The position numbers and the translations under genes were made by a program. Below, piece after piece: positions 1 through 10,966 of a stretch of 64,000 nt of DNA. Positions within the stretch are counted from its first letter, which is position 1; each line of letters begins with the position of its first letter. A model generated the notes under the pieces. The model saw nothing but the letters and a program-made list of their open reading frames with translations. It had not been told where the DNA came from and did no database searches. Source of the stretch: Thermodesulfobacteriota bacterium (lineage in GTDB: Bacteria; Desulfobacterota_D; UBA1144; Nemesobacterales; UBA2774); the NCBI GenBank assembly GCA_965216785.1, contig OZ244197.1, positions 448,001 to 512,000 on the forward strand. Direction: 5' to 3'.

Positions 1-387
1 GACTTTGCTTTTTTTTCTTTTTGATTCAAGTCTCTTGGTTTTAGATGCAAGAGTGGGTTTGGTTTTTTTCCTTTGCCTGGGGACGAGAGAGGCTTCTCTT
101 ATTATATTAGACAGTCTGCGCAGGGCGTCCTCCCGGTTTTTTTCCTGACTCCTGAAGGTGTTAGCATGTATGATGAGAACTCCTTCCCTGGTCATTTTTC
201 GCCCGGCAAGCTTGATTATGCGCTCTCTTAAATCGTGCCTTAGATTTGGTGAGTTCTTCACATCGAATCTTAGCTGAGCTGCGGTCGAGACCTTGTTAAC
301 GTTTTGCCCGCCCGGCCCCGAAGAGCGCACAAATTCAAAATTGAGCTCATTTTCGTCAAGTGAAATCTCAGGGGTAATGCTTATCAT
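1..387 (-). CDS. arfB: Alternative ribosome-rescue peptidyl-tRNA hydrolase ArfB, 3' end runs off the window
   Basis: Not in the ORF track. Manual translation from ATG at 387 gives MISITPEISLDENELNFEFVRSSGPGGQNVNKV (GGQ motif) and a basic tail RKKTKPTLASKTKRLESKRKKSKV. Confidence 0.93.
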   Translation of the reverse strand, partial: MISITPEISLDENELNFEFVRSSGPGGQNVNKVSTAAQLRFDVKNSPNLRHDLRERIIKLAGRKMTREGVLIIHANTFRSQEKNREDALRRLSNIIREASLVPRQRKKTKPTLASKTKRLESKRKKSKV

Positions 388-431
388 AATAAAGAATCAT
401 AAGTCGGCATAAGTAATAATCAAGAAGCTTG

Positions 432-470
432 AAAAAATAAAGCCGGGCTGTGTGCGCAGCCCGGCTTTAT
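432..470 (-). terminator. Intrinsic terminator downstream of amtB
   Basis: Inverted repeat ATAAAGCCGGGCTG-N6-CAGCCCGGCTTTAT, followed by a T-run on the minus strand, about 30 bp after the amtB stop. Confidence 0.85.
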
Positions 471-498
471 ACATGATGCATTCAATTGCAGAAAGTAA

Positions 499-1824
499 TT
501 ACAGGTCGTATCCGACTTCTCCGTGCTCGGATATATCAATACCCTGCACTTCCTCTTCGGTGCTTACCCTGAGCCCGATTGTAACCTGTATGAATTTGAG
601 AATTACGAAAGAGAGAATCGCGCAGTAAATAATTACGAATACGGCCCCAAACACCTGAACCGCGAGCTGCTTAGATACTACGAGGTCCTCTACCGTACCC
701 CCTAATGCCGTTGACGCGAAGAAAGCTAAAAGAATTATTCCCACAAGCCCTCCAACACCGTGAACTCCTACAACATCGAGCGCATCGTCATAACCGGCCT
801 GATACTTGAGCCACGTAGCCGCCACATAAGCAAGAAGACTTGAGACAATACCTATAACGATCGCCCCGAGAGGCCCGACAGTGCCCGATGCCGGCGTAAT
901 CGCGGCAAGCCCCGCAATGGCGCCTGTAGCGAAACCAAGCGCGCTTGGCTTACCGACCTTGATCCATTCGATAGCTATCCACGTGAGCGCAGCCACGCAG
1001 GGGGATATCTGAGTTACGACCACGGCCATAGCAGCCTGCCCGTTCGCAGCAAGAGCGCTTCCGCCGTTAAAGCCGAACCATCCCACCCAGAGCATTGCGG
1101 TTCCGGTGAGAGTCATTGTCATATTGTGAGGGGGTGTAGGCATCGGATAGCCTCTCCTCTTTCCGATCAGAAAAGCTGCAACGAGAGCAGCGACACCGGC
1201 TGTGATATGAACCACTATACCGCCTGCAAAATCTATTACTCCCATGTCCGCGAGAAAAGCTCCCTCACCGCCCCATACCATGTGAGCGACAGGGAAGTAG
1301 ACTAGTAGGACCCAAATTGAGGAGAACAAGAGCATCGCGGAGAATTTCATTCTCTCTGCAAACGCTCCGACTATAAGGCCCGGTGTGATGATAGCAAACG
1401 TCAGCTGAAAAGCAAAGAACGATAGCTCGGGAATAGTCCCTGAAAGCGAATCAGTGCTGACCCCGTTCAGAAATACCTTTGATAACCCTCCCACGAAAGC
1501 GTGAAAGTTTCTCTCGCCGTATACCATTCCAGTGGTATCGAACGCTAGACTGTATCCGACCACCGTCCAGATAATTGTGACCACGGCCGTTATCGCAAAA
1601 CACTGCATATAGACCGAAAGCACATTTTTCCTGGAAACGAGACCGGCATAGAACATGGCAAGCCCCGGTATCATCATAAAGAGGACAAGACCTGTTGAGA
1701 TCAATATCCAGGTTGTATCACCCGTGTCTAAACCATCTTGAGCAAACGCTAATCGGGGGGAAAATATACAAAATACTAGAAAAGGTAGAGCGGCCCTTTT
1801 AAGGGCGGTATTAAAAAAACCCAT
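499..1824 (-). CDS. amtB: Ammonium transporter (Amt family)
   Basis: Amt motifs DFAGGIVVH, LWVGWFGFNGGS and DDALDVVGVHG. Start moved from 1914 to ATG 1824, which has a GGAGG RBS; the ORF-track extension overlaps the sigma54 promoter. Confidence 0.95.
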   Translation of the reverse strand: MGFFNTALKRAALPFLVFCIFSPRLAFAQDGLDTGDTTWILISTGLVLFMMIPGLAMFYAGLVSRKNVLSVYMQCFAITAVVTIIWTVVGYSLAFDTTGMVYGERNFHAFVGGLSKVFLNGVSTDSLSGTIPELSFFAFQLTFAIITPGLIVGAFAERMKFSAMLLFSSIWVLLVYFPVAHMVWGGEGAFLADMGVIDFAGGIVVHITAGVAALVAAFLIGKRRGYPMPTPPHNMTMTLTGTAMLWVGWFGFNGGSALAANGQAAMAVVVTQISPCVAALTWIAIEWIKVGKPSALGFATGAIAGLAAITPASGTVGPLGAIVIGIVSSLLAYVAATWLKYQAGYDDALDVVGVHGVGGLVGIILLAFFASTALGGTVEDLVVSKQLAVQVFGAVFVIIYCAILSFVILKFIQVTIGLRVSTEEEVQGIDISEHGEVGYDL

Positions 1825-1863
1825 ATCTCTGTACCTCCATACTCTTTGTGTTACGGGAATAGT

Positions 1864-1880
1864 TGCAAGAGTAGTACCAA
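1864..1880 (-). promoter_or_regulatory. Sigma54 (-24/-12) promoter of amtB
   Basis: Minus strand reads TTGGTACTACTCTTGCA, which is GG-N10-GC and close to TGGCAC-N5-TTGCW, about 40 bp upstream of the amtB start. Confidence 0.75.
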
Positions 1881-2034
1881 TAGGACAGGACATAGTGCAT
1901 CGAGCTTGGTACAAAGCTTAATGAATAGTCATAAATTCAATTACGACAACATATTAGAGTGGGACGGAAGGGCTAATACGAAGCCGTGTTCTACGATATA
2001 GATATATGTATTTATAAAGTGATCTAAGAGGCCA

Positions 2035-2073
2035 TGCCTAATATTTAGGCAAGCTGAGCTTAATTTTCAGGCA
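2035..2073. promoter_or_regulatory. Tandem NtrC-type enhancer sites upstream of the amtB sigma54 promoter
   Basis: TGCCTAATATTTAGGCA (2035-2051) and a degenerate copy AGCTTAATTTTCAGGCA (2057-2073). These are 17-bp GC-N11-GC sites, 22 bp apart, about 155-195 bp upstream of the -24 box. Confidence 0.6.
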
Positions 2074-2101
2074 CTGAGAATGTACAATCGTTTTATAATT
2101 A

Positions 2102-3103
2102 TTACTTTGTCAAATTAAGGAGAACTCTTCCTTTTTGTTTTCCCTGAAGTATGAGCTGAATGTTTTCTTCTAATCCATCAAGAGATATTTCATTCGCGAG
2201 ATCATCGAGGTTATCGAGCTTCCAGTCTCCCGCCATTTTTTCCCATACTTTTAGACGATCGTCCATCGGGCAGTTTTGAGAATCGATTCCTACGAGTATC
2301 ACGCCCCTAAGGATGAACGGGTAAACATTTAACGGGAGATCGGCTGAGGCAACGTTTCCGCAGCAGGTAACGACGCCCATAGGCTTTGCCGCTTTAATTG
2401 CGGTCACGAGTATTTCGCCCCCGACCGTATCGACCACGCCCGCCCACCTTCCTTTGAGCATCGGTCTCCCGGATTCGTCCCGGGATTCATCCCTGCTTAT
2501 AACCTCTTTCGCGCCAAGGTCTAAAAGAAACTTCTCCTGGTCCGTCTTTCCAGTCGAAGCCACGACGTCGTAACCAAGCTTTGCTAGGATAGAAACGGCA
2601 ACGCTGCCCACTCCGCCCGTGGCACCCGTTATAAGTATCTCTCCCTTATCAGGCGTGACTCCGTGTCTCTCAAGCTCTAGAACCGAATACGCCGCCGTAA
2701 AACCCGCAGTACCGTAAATCATGCTCTCTCTTAGAGAAAGGTTTGCGGGAAGCTTTATAACCCAGTCTGACGGGACTCTTATATATTCCCCGAACCCGCC
2801 TGAGGTATTACAGCCAAGATCATAGGCGTGGACAATTACCTCTTCCCCCGCGCTGAACTCAGGGGAATTACTCTCTGCCACAATTCCCGAGGCGTCTACC
2901 CCAGGAGTATGGGGGAAATTTCTCGTAACCCCTTTATTGCCGATAGCGGAAAGGGCGTCCTTGTAATTTAAAGAGGAATAACGAACATTTACCAATACGT
3001 CCCCTTCGGGAAGCTCGTCCGTTGATCTATCCTTTACAGACCTTACAAAATTCTTTTCTCCCTCTTCCTCAACAACCAAGGCTTTAAAAGTTTTTCCGCT
3101 CAT
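2102..3103 (-). CDS. YhdH/AcuI family (acryloyl-CoA reductase-like) quinone oxidoreductase
   Basis: Motifs YSSLNYKDAL, GTAGFTA, TGATGGVGS and PFILRGV typical of YhdH/YhfP. Confidence 0.88.
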   Translation of the reverse strand: MSGKTFKALVVEEEGEKNFVRSVKDRSTDELPEGDVLVNVRYSSLNYKDALSAIGNKGVTRNFPHTPGVDASGIVAESNSPEFSAGEEVIVHAYDLGCNTSGGFGEYIRVPSDWVIKLPANLSLRESMIYGTAGFTAAYSVLELERHGVTPDKGEILITGATGGVGSVAVSILAKLGYDVVASTGKTDQEKFLLDLGAKEVISRDESRDESGRPMLKGRWAGVVDTVGGEILVTAIKAAKPMGVVTCCGNVASADLPLNVYPFILRGVILVGIDSQNCPMDDRLKVWEKMAGDWKLDNLDDLANEISLDGLEENIQLILQGKQKGRVLLNLTK

Positions 3104-3293
3104 AGGAACTCTCCTCTACTAGAGTTTTCACATAATATATACTATGGTCAGCTAAAATCTATCCGGAATAAAATCATTACAATCCTCTTATATTATACGG
3201 TGAGTATTCTAAGTTAGAGGTGGGAAGTACTTCCCGGAAGAACTAATATCCTAAAATGGATTAACTGTCTTAAATTTACGTAACCCGTAATGG

Positions 3294-5225
<1,932 letters not shown>

Positions 5226-5326
5226 TTACAGTAAACCTAACCCTTTAATAGTATAAAAGTATTGGGGAAAAAGCGCAATCGGGCAGCGGATTTGTGAAGG
5301 CTCCGTACACCGGTAAAATATTCACT

Positions 5327-6364
5327 ATGTCACACATAACTCTCGGAATAGAGTCTTCATGCGATGAAACTGCCGCGGCACTAATTCTTGACGGAAAAAA
5401 GTGCCTCTCAAGCGTAGTTGCTTCCCAGATAGATATTCACAAAGAATATGGCGGTGTCGTACCCGAGATCGCTTCACGAATGCACGTGGAGCTTATACTG
5501 CCCGTAATAGATAAAGCCCTTAAAGAGGCTGGGATAGATGAGGAGGATATAGACGGAATCGCCGTAACTCACGGCCCCGGCCTGATAGGCTCACTTATGG
5601 TCGGGCTGTCAACCGCAAAAGCCCTGGCGTTCAGCCTTGGGGTTCCGATAATCGGAGTAAACCATCTTGAAGCGCACTTATCCGCTGTGCATTTAGAAAA
5701 TGAAGTAGAGTTCCCGTTCGTAGGACTAGTAGTATCGGGGGGACATACGAGCTTGTATCTCGTAAAAGACTACACAGAGTTTGAGCTTTTAGGGAAAACC
5801 AGGGACGACGCCGCAGGTGAGGCGTTTGATAAAGCGGCAAAGGTGCTCGGCCTAAGCTACCCGGGAGGAGTCCAGATCGACAGACTGGCCAAAGAAGGCA
5901 ACAAAGGCTTTTTCGACTTCCCCAGGCCCTTCAAGTCAAGTACGACACCTGATTTCAGCTTCAGCGGACTTAAAACGTCGCTTGTATATTATCTGAGGAA
6001 AGAGCCTTCACCACAAGGGCAAAAGTTAAATGATATTTGTGCCTCTTATCAGGAAGCCATCGTAGAGACTCTCATAGATAAAACGCTACTTTCAGCTAAA
6101 GAGTGTAATGTTTCGTCCGTAGTTTTAGCAGGGGGCGTCGCCTGTAACTCAAGGCTCAGGGAACTTGCAGGAGAAAAGTTTTCAGAAGAGGGGCTTTCCG
6201 TTTATATACCCTCACCCAAATACTGTACCGATAACGCCGCAATGATAGGCTCAATGGGCGCATTCAAGCTTATGAAGGGAGAGCGTTCGGGGCTTGATCT
6301 AAATACATTCTCCACGGCAAGGACCAAGTATAATAGGGGACGGGCCGAAGCTCAGGGCTCCTAA
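5327..6364 (+). CDS. tsaD: tRNA N6-adenosine threonylcarbamoyltransferase
   Basis: LGIESSCDETA, NHLEAH, VSGGHT, DDAAGEAFDK and CTDNAAMI. ATG 5327 preferred over GTG 5294. Confidence 0.96.
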   Translation: MSHITLGIESSCDETAAALILDGKKCLSSVVASQIDIHKEYGGVVPEIASRMHVELILPVIDKALKEAGIDEEDIDGIAVTHGPGLIGSLMVGLSTAKALAFSLGVPIIGVNHLEAHLSAVHLENEVEFPFVGLVVSGGHTSLYLVKDYTEFELLGKTRDDAAGEAFDKAAKVLGLSYPGGVQIDRLAKEGNKGFFDFPRPFKSSTTPDFSFSGLKTSLVYYLRKEPSPQGQKLNDICASYQEAIVETLIDKTLLSAKECNVSSVVLAGGVACNSRLRELAGEKFSEEGLSVYIPSPKYCTDNAAMIGSMGAFKLMKGERSGLDLNTFSTARTKYNRGRAEAQGS

Positions 6365-6376
6365 GCTAACAAGAGC

Positions 6377-6679
6377 TTAATCCTCATAATCGACAACCGC
6401 TCTGTCTGTACGTATCTCGCCCACAAACTCGACTATCTTTACGTGCTCCGGGTGTTTCTGGTAAGCCTCTAAACCTTCACGGTTATCAAACTCGGAATAC
6501 AGCACAACATCAAATGCGGCCTCGGACGGATTGAAATTAATGCCCACATCCACCGCTTTTAACTCGTCTATCACATCTTTAAGAGCTAGAAGGGTTTCTT
6601 TTAACTTAAACGCATTCTCTTCTTTAGTCGCTCCGAGTGCCTCGTCTTTGAGCCTCCACATCACAATATGCTTAATCAT
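6377..6679 (-). CDS. Dabb family stress-responsive A/B barrel protein
   Basis: MIKHIVMW...YQKHPEH...RAVVDY; AGGAGA RBS before ATG 6679. Confidence 0.88.
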   Translation of the reverse strand: MIKHIVMWRLKDEALGATKEENAFKLKETLLALKDVIDELKAVDVGINFNPSEAAFDVVLYSEFDNREGLEAYQKHPEHVKIVEFVGEIRTDRAVVDYED

Positions 6680-6844
6680 AAATATCTCCTGGTGTAATTT
6701 TTGATTTTTCCAAAGCTGCAAATAGACTTATATTACTGAAATTAGTATCCATATCAAAAAAGACTGAGCATACTGAAGGCTGCTCAATTAGAATTGTATA
6801 CGCCCGGCAATGTGCCCACGGCAGGAGATATTAGGTTGGCTTTG

Positions 6845-8908
6845 ATGCACGACGAGGAAAAGAAGAAAGGGAAGAAGACCTATGATTTAACAATCATTAA
6901 ATGGCTCTTCAGTCTCACGGGACCATACAGGAAGTTTATGGCCCTCGCGCTCGTGTTTATGCTGTGCACGGCACTGCTGGAGCTCGCGGTTCCCTTAATC
7001 GCTAAAACCGCAATAGATAAATACATATACCCCTCATGGAGAATAGCGACCTTTGCGGATAGTGAAAGAGATAAAGAGTTTCAGTCCTCGCTTGAGCACA
7101 AATACCCTAATCTCATAGTTGAGCTTAGCAGCCACACCTTTCTTGTCGATACTTCCGAGATTGGAAACGCGGACAGACATAACCTGGAAAAGTTTGGCAT
7201 AGTATCAGAGGAGCGATACCTGGCGATAACCCCGGCTGATACGGAGCCCGACAAAAAAAGCACTGTAAACGAGATAATAAGTAAGAACCCGGATGTATTT
7301 AATAAAGTAGGAGATGTGTATTACTCAAGCTACGAGTCGCTCCACGCACTCAGCCGGCAGGACTTACTGACTCTTAGAGGCGGGGAGATTGAGCGGGTCA
7401 TAAGACTGGCCGGCCTTCTGTTCTTATGCCTTCTGGGCGTCTTCGTTTTCAGCTCTTTATTTACATATATCTTAAATTACTCCGGCCATAAGATTATGCA
7501 CTCAATCAGAACAGACGTTTTCTCTCATATAATGACGCTCCCCCAGAGCTTCTTTGACAAAAACCCGGTAGGACGCCTCACGACCAGGGTAACAAGCGAC
7601 GTAAACGCGATTAACGAGATGTATACCTCTGTCATGGTCCAGTTCTTTAAGGACATACTGGTAGTGATCGGGATATTCATTGTCATGTTCTATATGAATA
7701 AAGAACTCACTTTTTACGTAATTATCCTTACGGTCTTGATGGGGTTCTTCGCGGGTCTTTTCCGGATGAAGCTCAAGACCGTTTACAGGGACATCAGAAT
7801 ATCCATAGCAAAGCTAAACGCGTTTGTTCAGGAGAGCGTAAGGGGCATCGTGCTTATAAAGCTCTATAACAGAGAGATGGAAAACTATGAGAAGTTCAGA
7901 GGGGTCAATAGAGAGAACTATAAAGCCAATATGGACCAGCTCTGGGTCTACGCGACGTTCAGGCCTTTTATTGAATTCACAAGCGTATTCACTGTGGCGT
8001 TTATCCTATGGTACGGAGGTATGGAGGTGCTGAGGCTAGATATTACTCTCGGCGCGCTGATAGCTTATCTTTACTACGTAAGGATGCTGTTCAGACCTAT
8101 AATGGAGCTTGCGGAGCGATACAATATTTTTCAATCCGCCGCGGCAGCCACAGAGAACCTTTACGACCTAGTTCAGGAAGAACCGGAAGAATCGGGCTAT
8201 ATAGGCGAGAAAGCACTTAAAGGCAAGCTCGAATTTAAAAACGTCTGGTTTTCCTATGACGGCAAAGAGTGGGTGCTTAAAGACGTGTCTTTCACCATAG
8301 AGCCCGGGGAGACAGTCGCTCTCGTCGGCCTTACAGGCTCTGGGAAAACGACCATAGTAAACTTGATCCTCAAATTCTACGATATCGAAAGAGGTCAGAT
8401 ACTATTTGACGGGATAGATATAAAGGAGCTAAGCTCAGAGTACCTGAGACGGAACATCGCAGCCGTATTCCAGGACCTGTTCCTGTTCGGTAAGAGCATA
8501 TCAGACAGTAACACAGCTAACGAATTCTCCAAAGTAGTTCACTTGGACGATATTTCCGATAATAACGGGCGCTCTATCTCATCGGGCGAGAAACAACTGG
8601 TCTCGTTAAGTCAGGCGTTCTCAAAAGAAGCGAATTTCATGATACTCGACGAAGCTACATCAAGCATAGACGCGAATATCGAGAGAAAAGTCCAGGAAGT
8701 AATCCATCATACCAATAAATCGCGCACAACTTTGATAATAGCGCACAGACTCTCAAACGTGAGAGATGCCGACAGGATAATGGTCATACACAAGGGCGAG
8801 ATTACAGAGATAGGTACTCACCAAACGCTACTTGCTAAAAAGGGTATATACTATAATCTCTATCAGCTTCAAAATGAAATTCAGCGATTCTCTTCGCTTA
8901 ACAATTAG
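6845..8908 (+). CDS. ABC exporter half-transporter (TMD+NBD), YheH/TM288-like subunit
   Basis: TM domain with a large loop after TM1; Walker A GLTGSGKT, Walker B ILDEATSS and H-switch IAHRLS. Signature is degenerate (ISSGEKQ). Start uncertain (6794/6836/6845). Confidence 0.88.
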   Translation: MHDEEKKKGKKTYDLTIIKWLFSLTGPYRKFMALALVFMLCTALLELAVPLIAKTAIDKYIYPSWRIATFADSERDKEFQSSLEHKYPNLIVELSSHTFLVDTSEIGNADRHNLEKFGIVSEERYLAITPADTEPDKKSTVNEIISKNPDVFNKVGDVYYSSYESLHALSRQDLLTLRGGEIERVIRLAGLLFLCLLGVFVFSSLFTYILNYSGHKIMHSIRTDVFSHIMTLPQSFFDKNPVGRLTTRVTSDVNAINEMYTSVMVQFFKDILVVIGIFIVMFYMNKELTFYVIILTVLMGFFAGLFRMKLKTVYRDIRISIAKLNAFVQESVRGIVLIKLYNREMENYEKFRGVNRENYKANMDQLWVYATFRPFIEFTSVFTVAFILWYGGMEVLRLDITLGALIAYLYYVRMLFRPIMELAERYNIFQSAAAATENLYDLVQEEPEESGYIGEKALKGKLEFKNVWFSYDGKEWVLKDVSFTIEPGETVALVGLTGSGKTTIVNLILKFYDIERGQILFDGIDIKELSSEYLRRNIAAVFQDLFLFGKSISDSNTANEFSKVVHLDDISDNNGRSISSGEKQLVSLSQAFSKEANFMILDEATSSIDANIERKVQEVIHHTNKSRTTLIIAHRLSNVRDADRIMVIHKGEITEIGTHQTLLAKKGIYYNLYQLQNEIQRFSSLNN

Positions 8909-8937
8909 CCTTATCTCAAACATCGCGGTCAAACTCC

Positions 8938-10143
8938 ATGAGCTCCCCAACTCTAAATAACGAAATAGAAACCCTTAAAGCCCATCTTGCAAAAAGAGAA
9001 AGTTTTACGGACGCCGAGTTATCGTTAATCTTGTCTCCGTACAGGATATCACCTCTCGGATCGGAGATAGACTACCAGGGAGGGCCGGCGCTCAGTATGA
9101 CGGTAAGCGCTTACACCTTACTTGCGTTTATACCCGTAAAAGAAAGAAAAATAAGGCTATATAGTGTGAACGACCCGGGTATAGCCGAATTTGACCTTGC
9201 GCAAGTAAAATCAGCCGAAAAGAACGACTGGGGCAGATATGCTATGGGAGCGGCAAAAGTTATAAATGAGCGTTACGGTGCAGCGTGTGGATTTACAGGC
9301 GCCGTTTATAGGACTCTCCCGGATACCGGACTCGGGACTTCATCTTCTGAATGCCTCGCTTACCTAAATGCGCTTACCCTATCTAATAATATAGAACCCC
9401 TGGGCTGGGAATACTCAGAGTTTGTAACCAGAATCAAAAACGATTACCTGAAGGAAAGCTCCGGCGCCCTGGATCAATTGTCCACACTAAACGGTAGAGA
9501 TGACAGCATACTTCTTGTAAACACGGGCTCTGGCGAAGTGTCAGCGCACCCCGGCCCGAAACACGGTAAAGATTTTAAGCTGCTCATAGCGTATTCGGGC
9601 CAGGCAGAGGAAAACGCTCCTCACGATGAGAAGAGGCGCCTGGATGAATGCAAGGAAGTCTCTGGGTTCCTCGGAATCATGGCGGGACTAACCTCAGGAG
9701 ATAAGCTCTCTGACATTCCGCCTGAGGTTTATTACTCAAACGCAAAGAGACTCCCGCCCAACCTGAAGTATAGAGCAGAGCATTATTTCAACGAGGCCGG
9801 GCGCGTTCAGGAGGGGCTCCTCGCCTGGAGAAAGGGAGATCTTGAGAGCTTTGGCAAACTAATGAACGAATCGTGCGCCCTCACAATCGATATCAAAAAG
9901 AGTTTGAGCATCGGGACTATAATGCTCCATAGAGTCATCAGCTCCACACTGGGAGTATACGGGAGTACGATAAACGGCCCTTATGTAATAGCGCTCACAG
10001 GAAGCGAATTTAGAGAAGACTCAGTGTCGGACATACTTTATAAGTACTTACGAGTTTGCCCCGAAGCACAAGGCAAGGCTCATGTGATCACCGCAGAACC
10101 TGATGGAGCGATTAGACTTCACAGTACAGACAAAACCTTTTAG
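8938..10143 (+). CDS. GHMP kinase, galacturonokinase/galactokinase-like, with degenerate motifs
   Basis: SPYRISPLGSEIDYQGG, GLGTSSS, GALDQ, RAEHYF and FGKLMNES. The glycine-rich motif 3 is absent. Confidence 0.75.
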   Translation: MSSPTLNNEIETLKAHLAKRESFTDAELSLILSPYRISPLGSEIDYQGGPALSMTVSAYTLLAFIPVKERKIRLYSVNDPGIAEFDLAQVKSAEKNDWGRYAMGAAKVINERYGAACGFTGAVYRTLPDTGLGTSSSECLAYLNALTLSNNIEPLGWEYSEFVTRIKNDYLKESSGALDQLSTLNGRDDSILLVNTGSGEVSAHPGPKHGKDFKLLIAYSGQAEENAPHDEKRRLDECKEVSGFLGIMAGLTSGDKLSDIPPEVYYSNAKRLPPNLKYRAEHYFNEAGRVQEGLLAWRKGDLESFGKLMNESCALTIDIKKSLSIGTIMLHRVISSTLGVYGSTINGPYVIALTGSEFREDSVSDILYKYLRVCPEAQGKAHVITAEPDGAIRLHSTDKTF

Positions 10144-10220
10144 TGGAGAGCGTCGATACACCTTATCTTAGATCGATATTCAAACCATATATATTCTAAT
10201 ATCTTTGGTAAAACCACTCT

Positions 10221-10250
10221 ATTTAGGTATCCTAACAATTAGGTGGATAT
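10221..10250. promoter_or_regulatory. Putative autoregulatory operator of the MarR gene
   Basis: TTAGG-TAT-CCTAA-CAA-TTAGG array directly before the ATG, nearly identical to the array at 10892-10923. Confidence 0.6.
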
Positions 10251-10862
10251 ATGTCTATCTTCGATCCTGTATACAGGCAAAAAAACCTGAGCGGTCAGAT
10301 AACGAGATCGTTCTTCTATATCGGACAGGCCGTAAAGAATATTCTGTGGGAAAAGAGTAAGCACGAGCACCTGACCCCCGCCCAGGTTAAAGTGCTGCTA
10401 TTTATCAACTATACGAGAAACGACGTTATCACAGTGGGCAACATAGCAAAGTACCTATCGTGCACGCCCGCGACAGTAAGCGGGGTCATAGACTCCCTCG
10501 AGAAGAAAGACTTGATCAGGAGAGTCAGGGATATGGACGACCGTAGGAAGGTGCATATAAAGCTAAACCCGGCGGGATCGAGAGTTGTCGGTGTTGTGGA
10601 AAGCATAGGGTTTGAAATAGAGGAGATCGTATCCGATTTCAGTCCACATGAGCAGGAAGTGCTTGAGAAGCTACTCGAAAGGGTATCAGAAAAACTAATG
10701 GATAAAGGTCTTATCTACACAGGGGATATTTGCACAGCTTGTTGCTATTTCAAAAAAGACCGGCACACTGGCGAGTCAAAACCCCATTACTGCGAAAACC
10801 TTCACATTATGCTGAGCGAAGACGACATTTGTAAGGAGTGTCCTCACTACAGTAAAAATTAA
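10251..10862 (+). CDS. MarR family regulator with Cys-rich C-terminal extension
   Basis: Winged HTH (TPATVSGVIDSLEKKDLIRR...DRRKV). C-terminus CTACCY...HYCENLH...CKECPHY. Confidence 0.85.
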   Translation: MSIFDPVYRQKNLSGQITRSFFYIGQAVKNILWEKSKHEHLTPAQVKVLLFINYTRNDVITVGNIAKYLSCTPATVSGVIDSLEKKDLIRRVRDMDDRRKVHIKLNPAGSRVVGVVESIGFEIEEIVSDFSPHEQEVLEKLLERVSEKLMDKGLIYTGDICTACCYFKKDRHTGESKPHYCENLHIMLSEDDICKECPHYSKN

Positions 10863-10863
10863 C

Positions 10864-10923
10864 TTGAAAACCTAAAAAAATTTATTATATTTATTTAGGC
10901 ATCCTAAATATTAGGATGGCTAA
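10864..10923 (+). promoter_or_regulatory. Sigma70-like promoter with overlapping operator array upstream of the sigma factor gene
   Basis: TTGAAA (10864)-16 bp-TATATT (10886), immediately followed by TATTTAGG-CAT-CCTAAATA (perfect 8-bp inverted repeat) and TTAGG-ATG-GCTAA. Confidence 0.6.
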
Positions 10924-10966
10924 GGATCGCATGAATTAGATAAAACTCGGTTCTGGATAAATAGAT

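Noticed and set aside
1825-1914. N-terminal extension of amtB in the ORF track
   Set aside because: It overlaps the sigma54 promoter; ATG 1824 has a GGAGG RBS and is followed by a signal-like segment.
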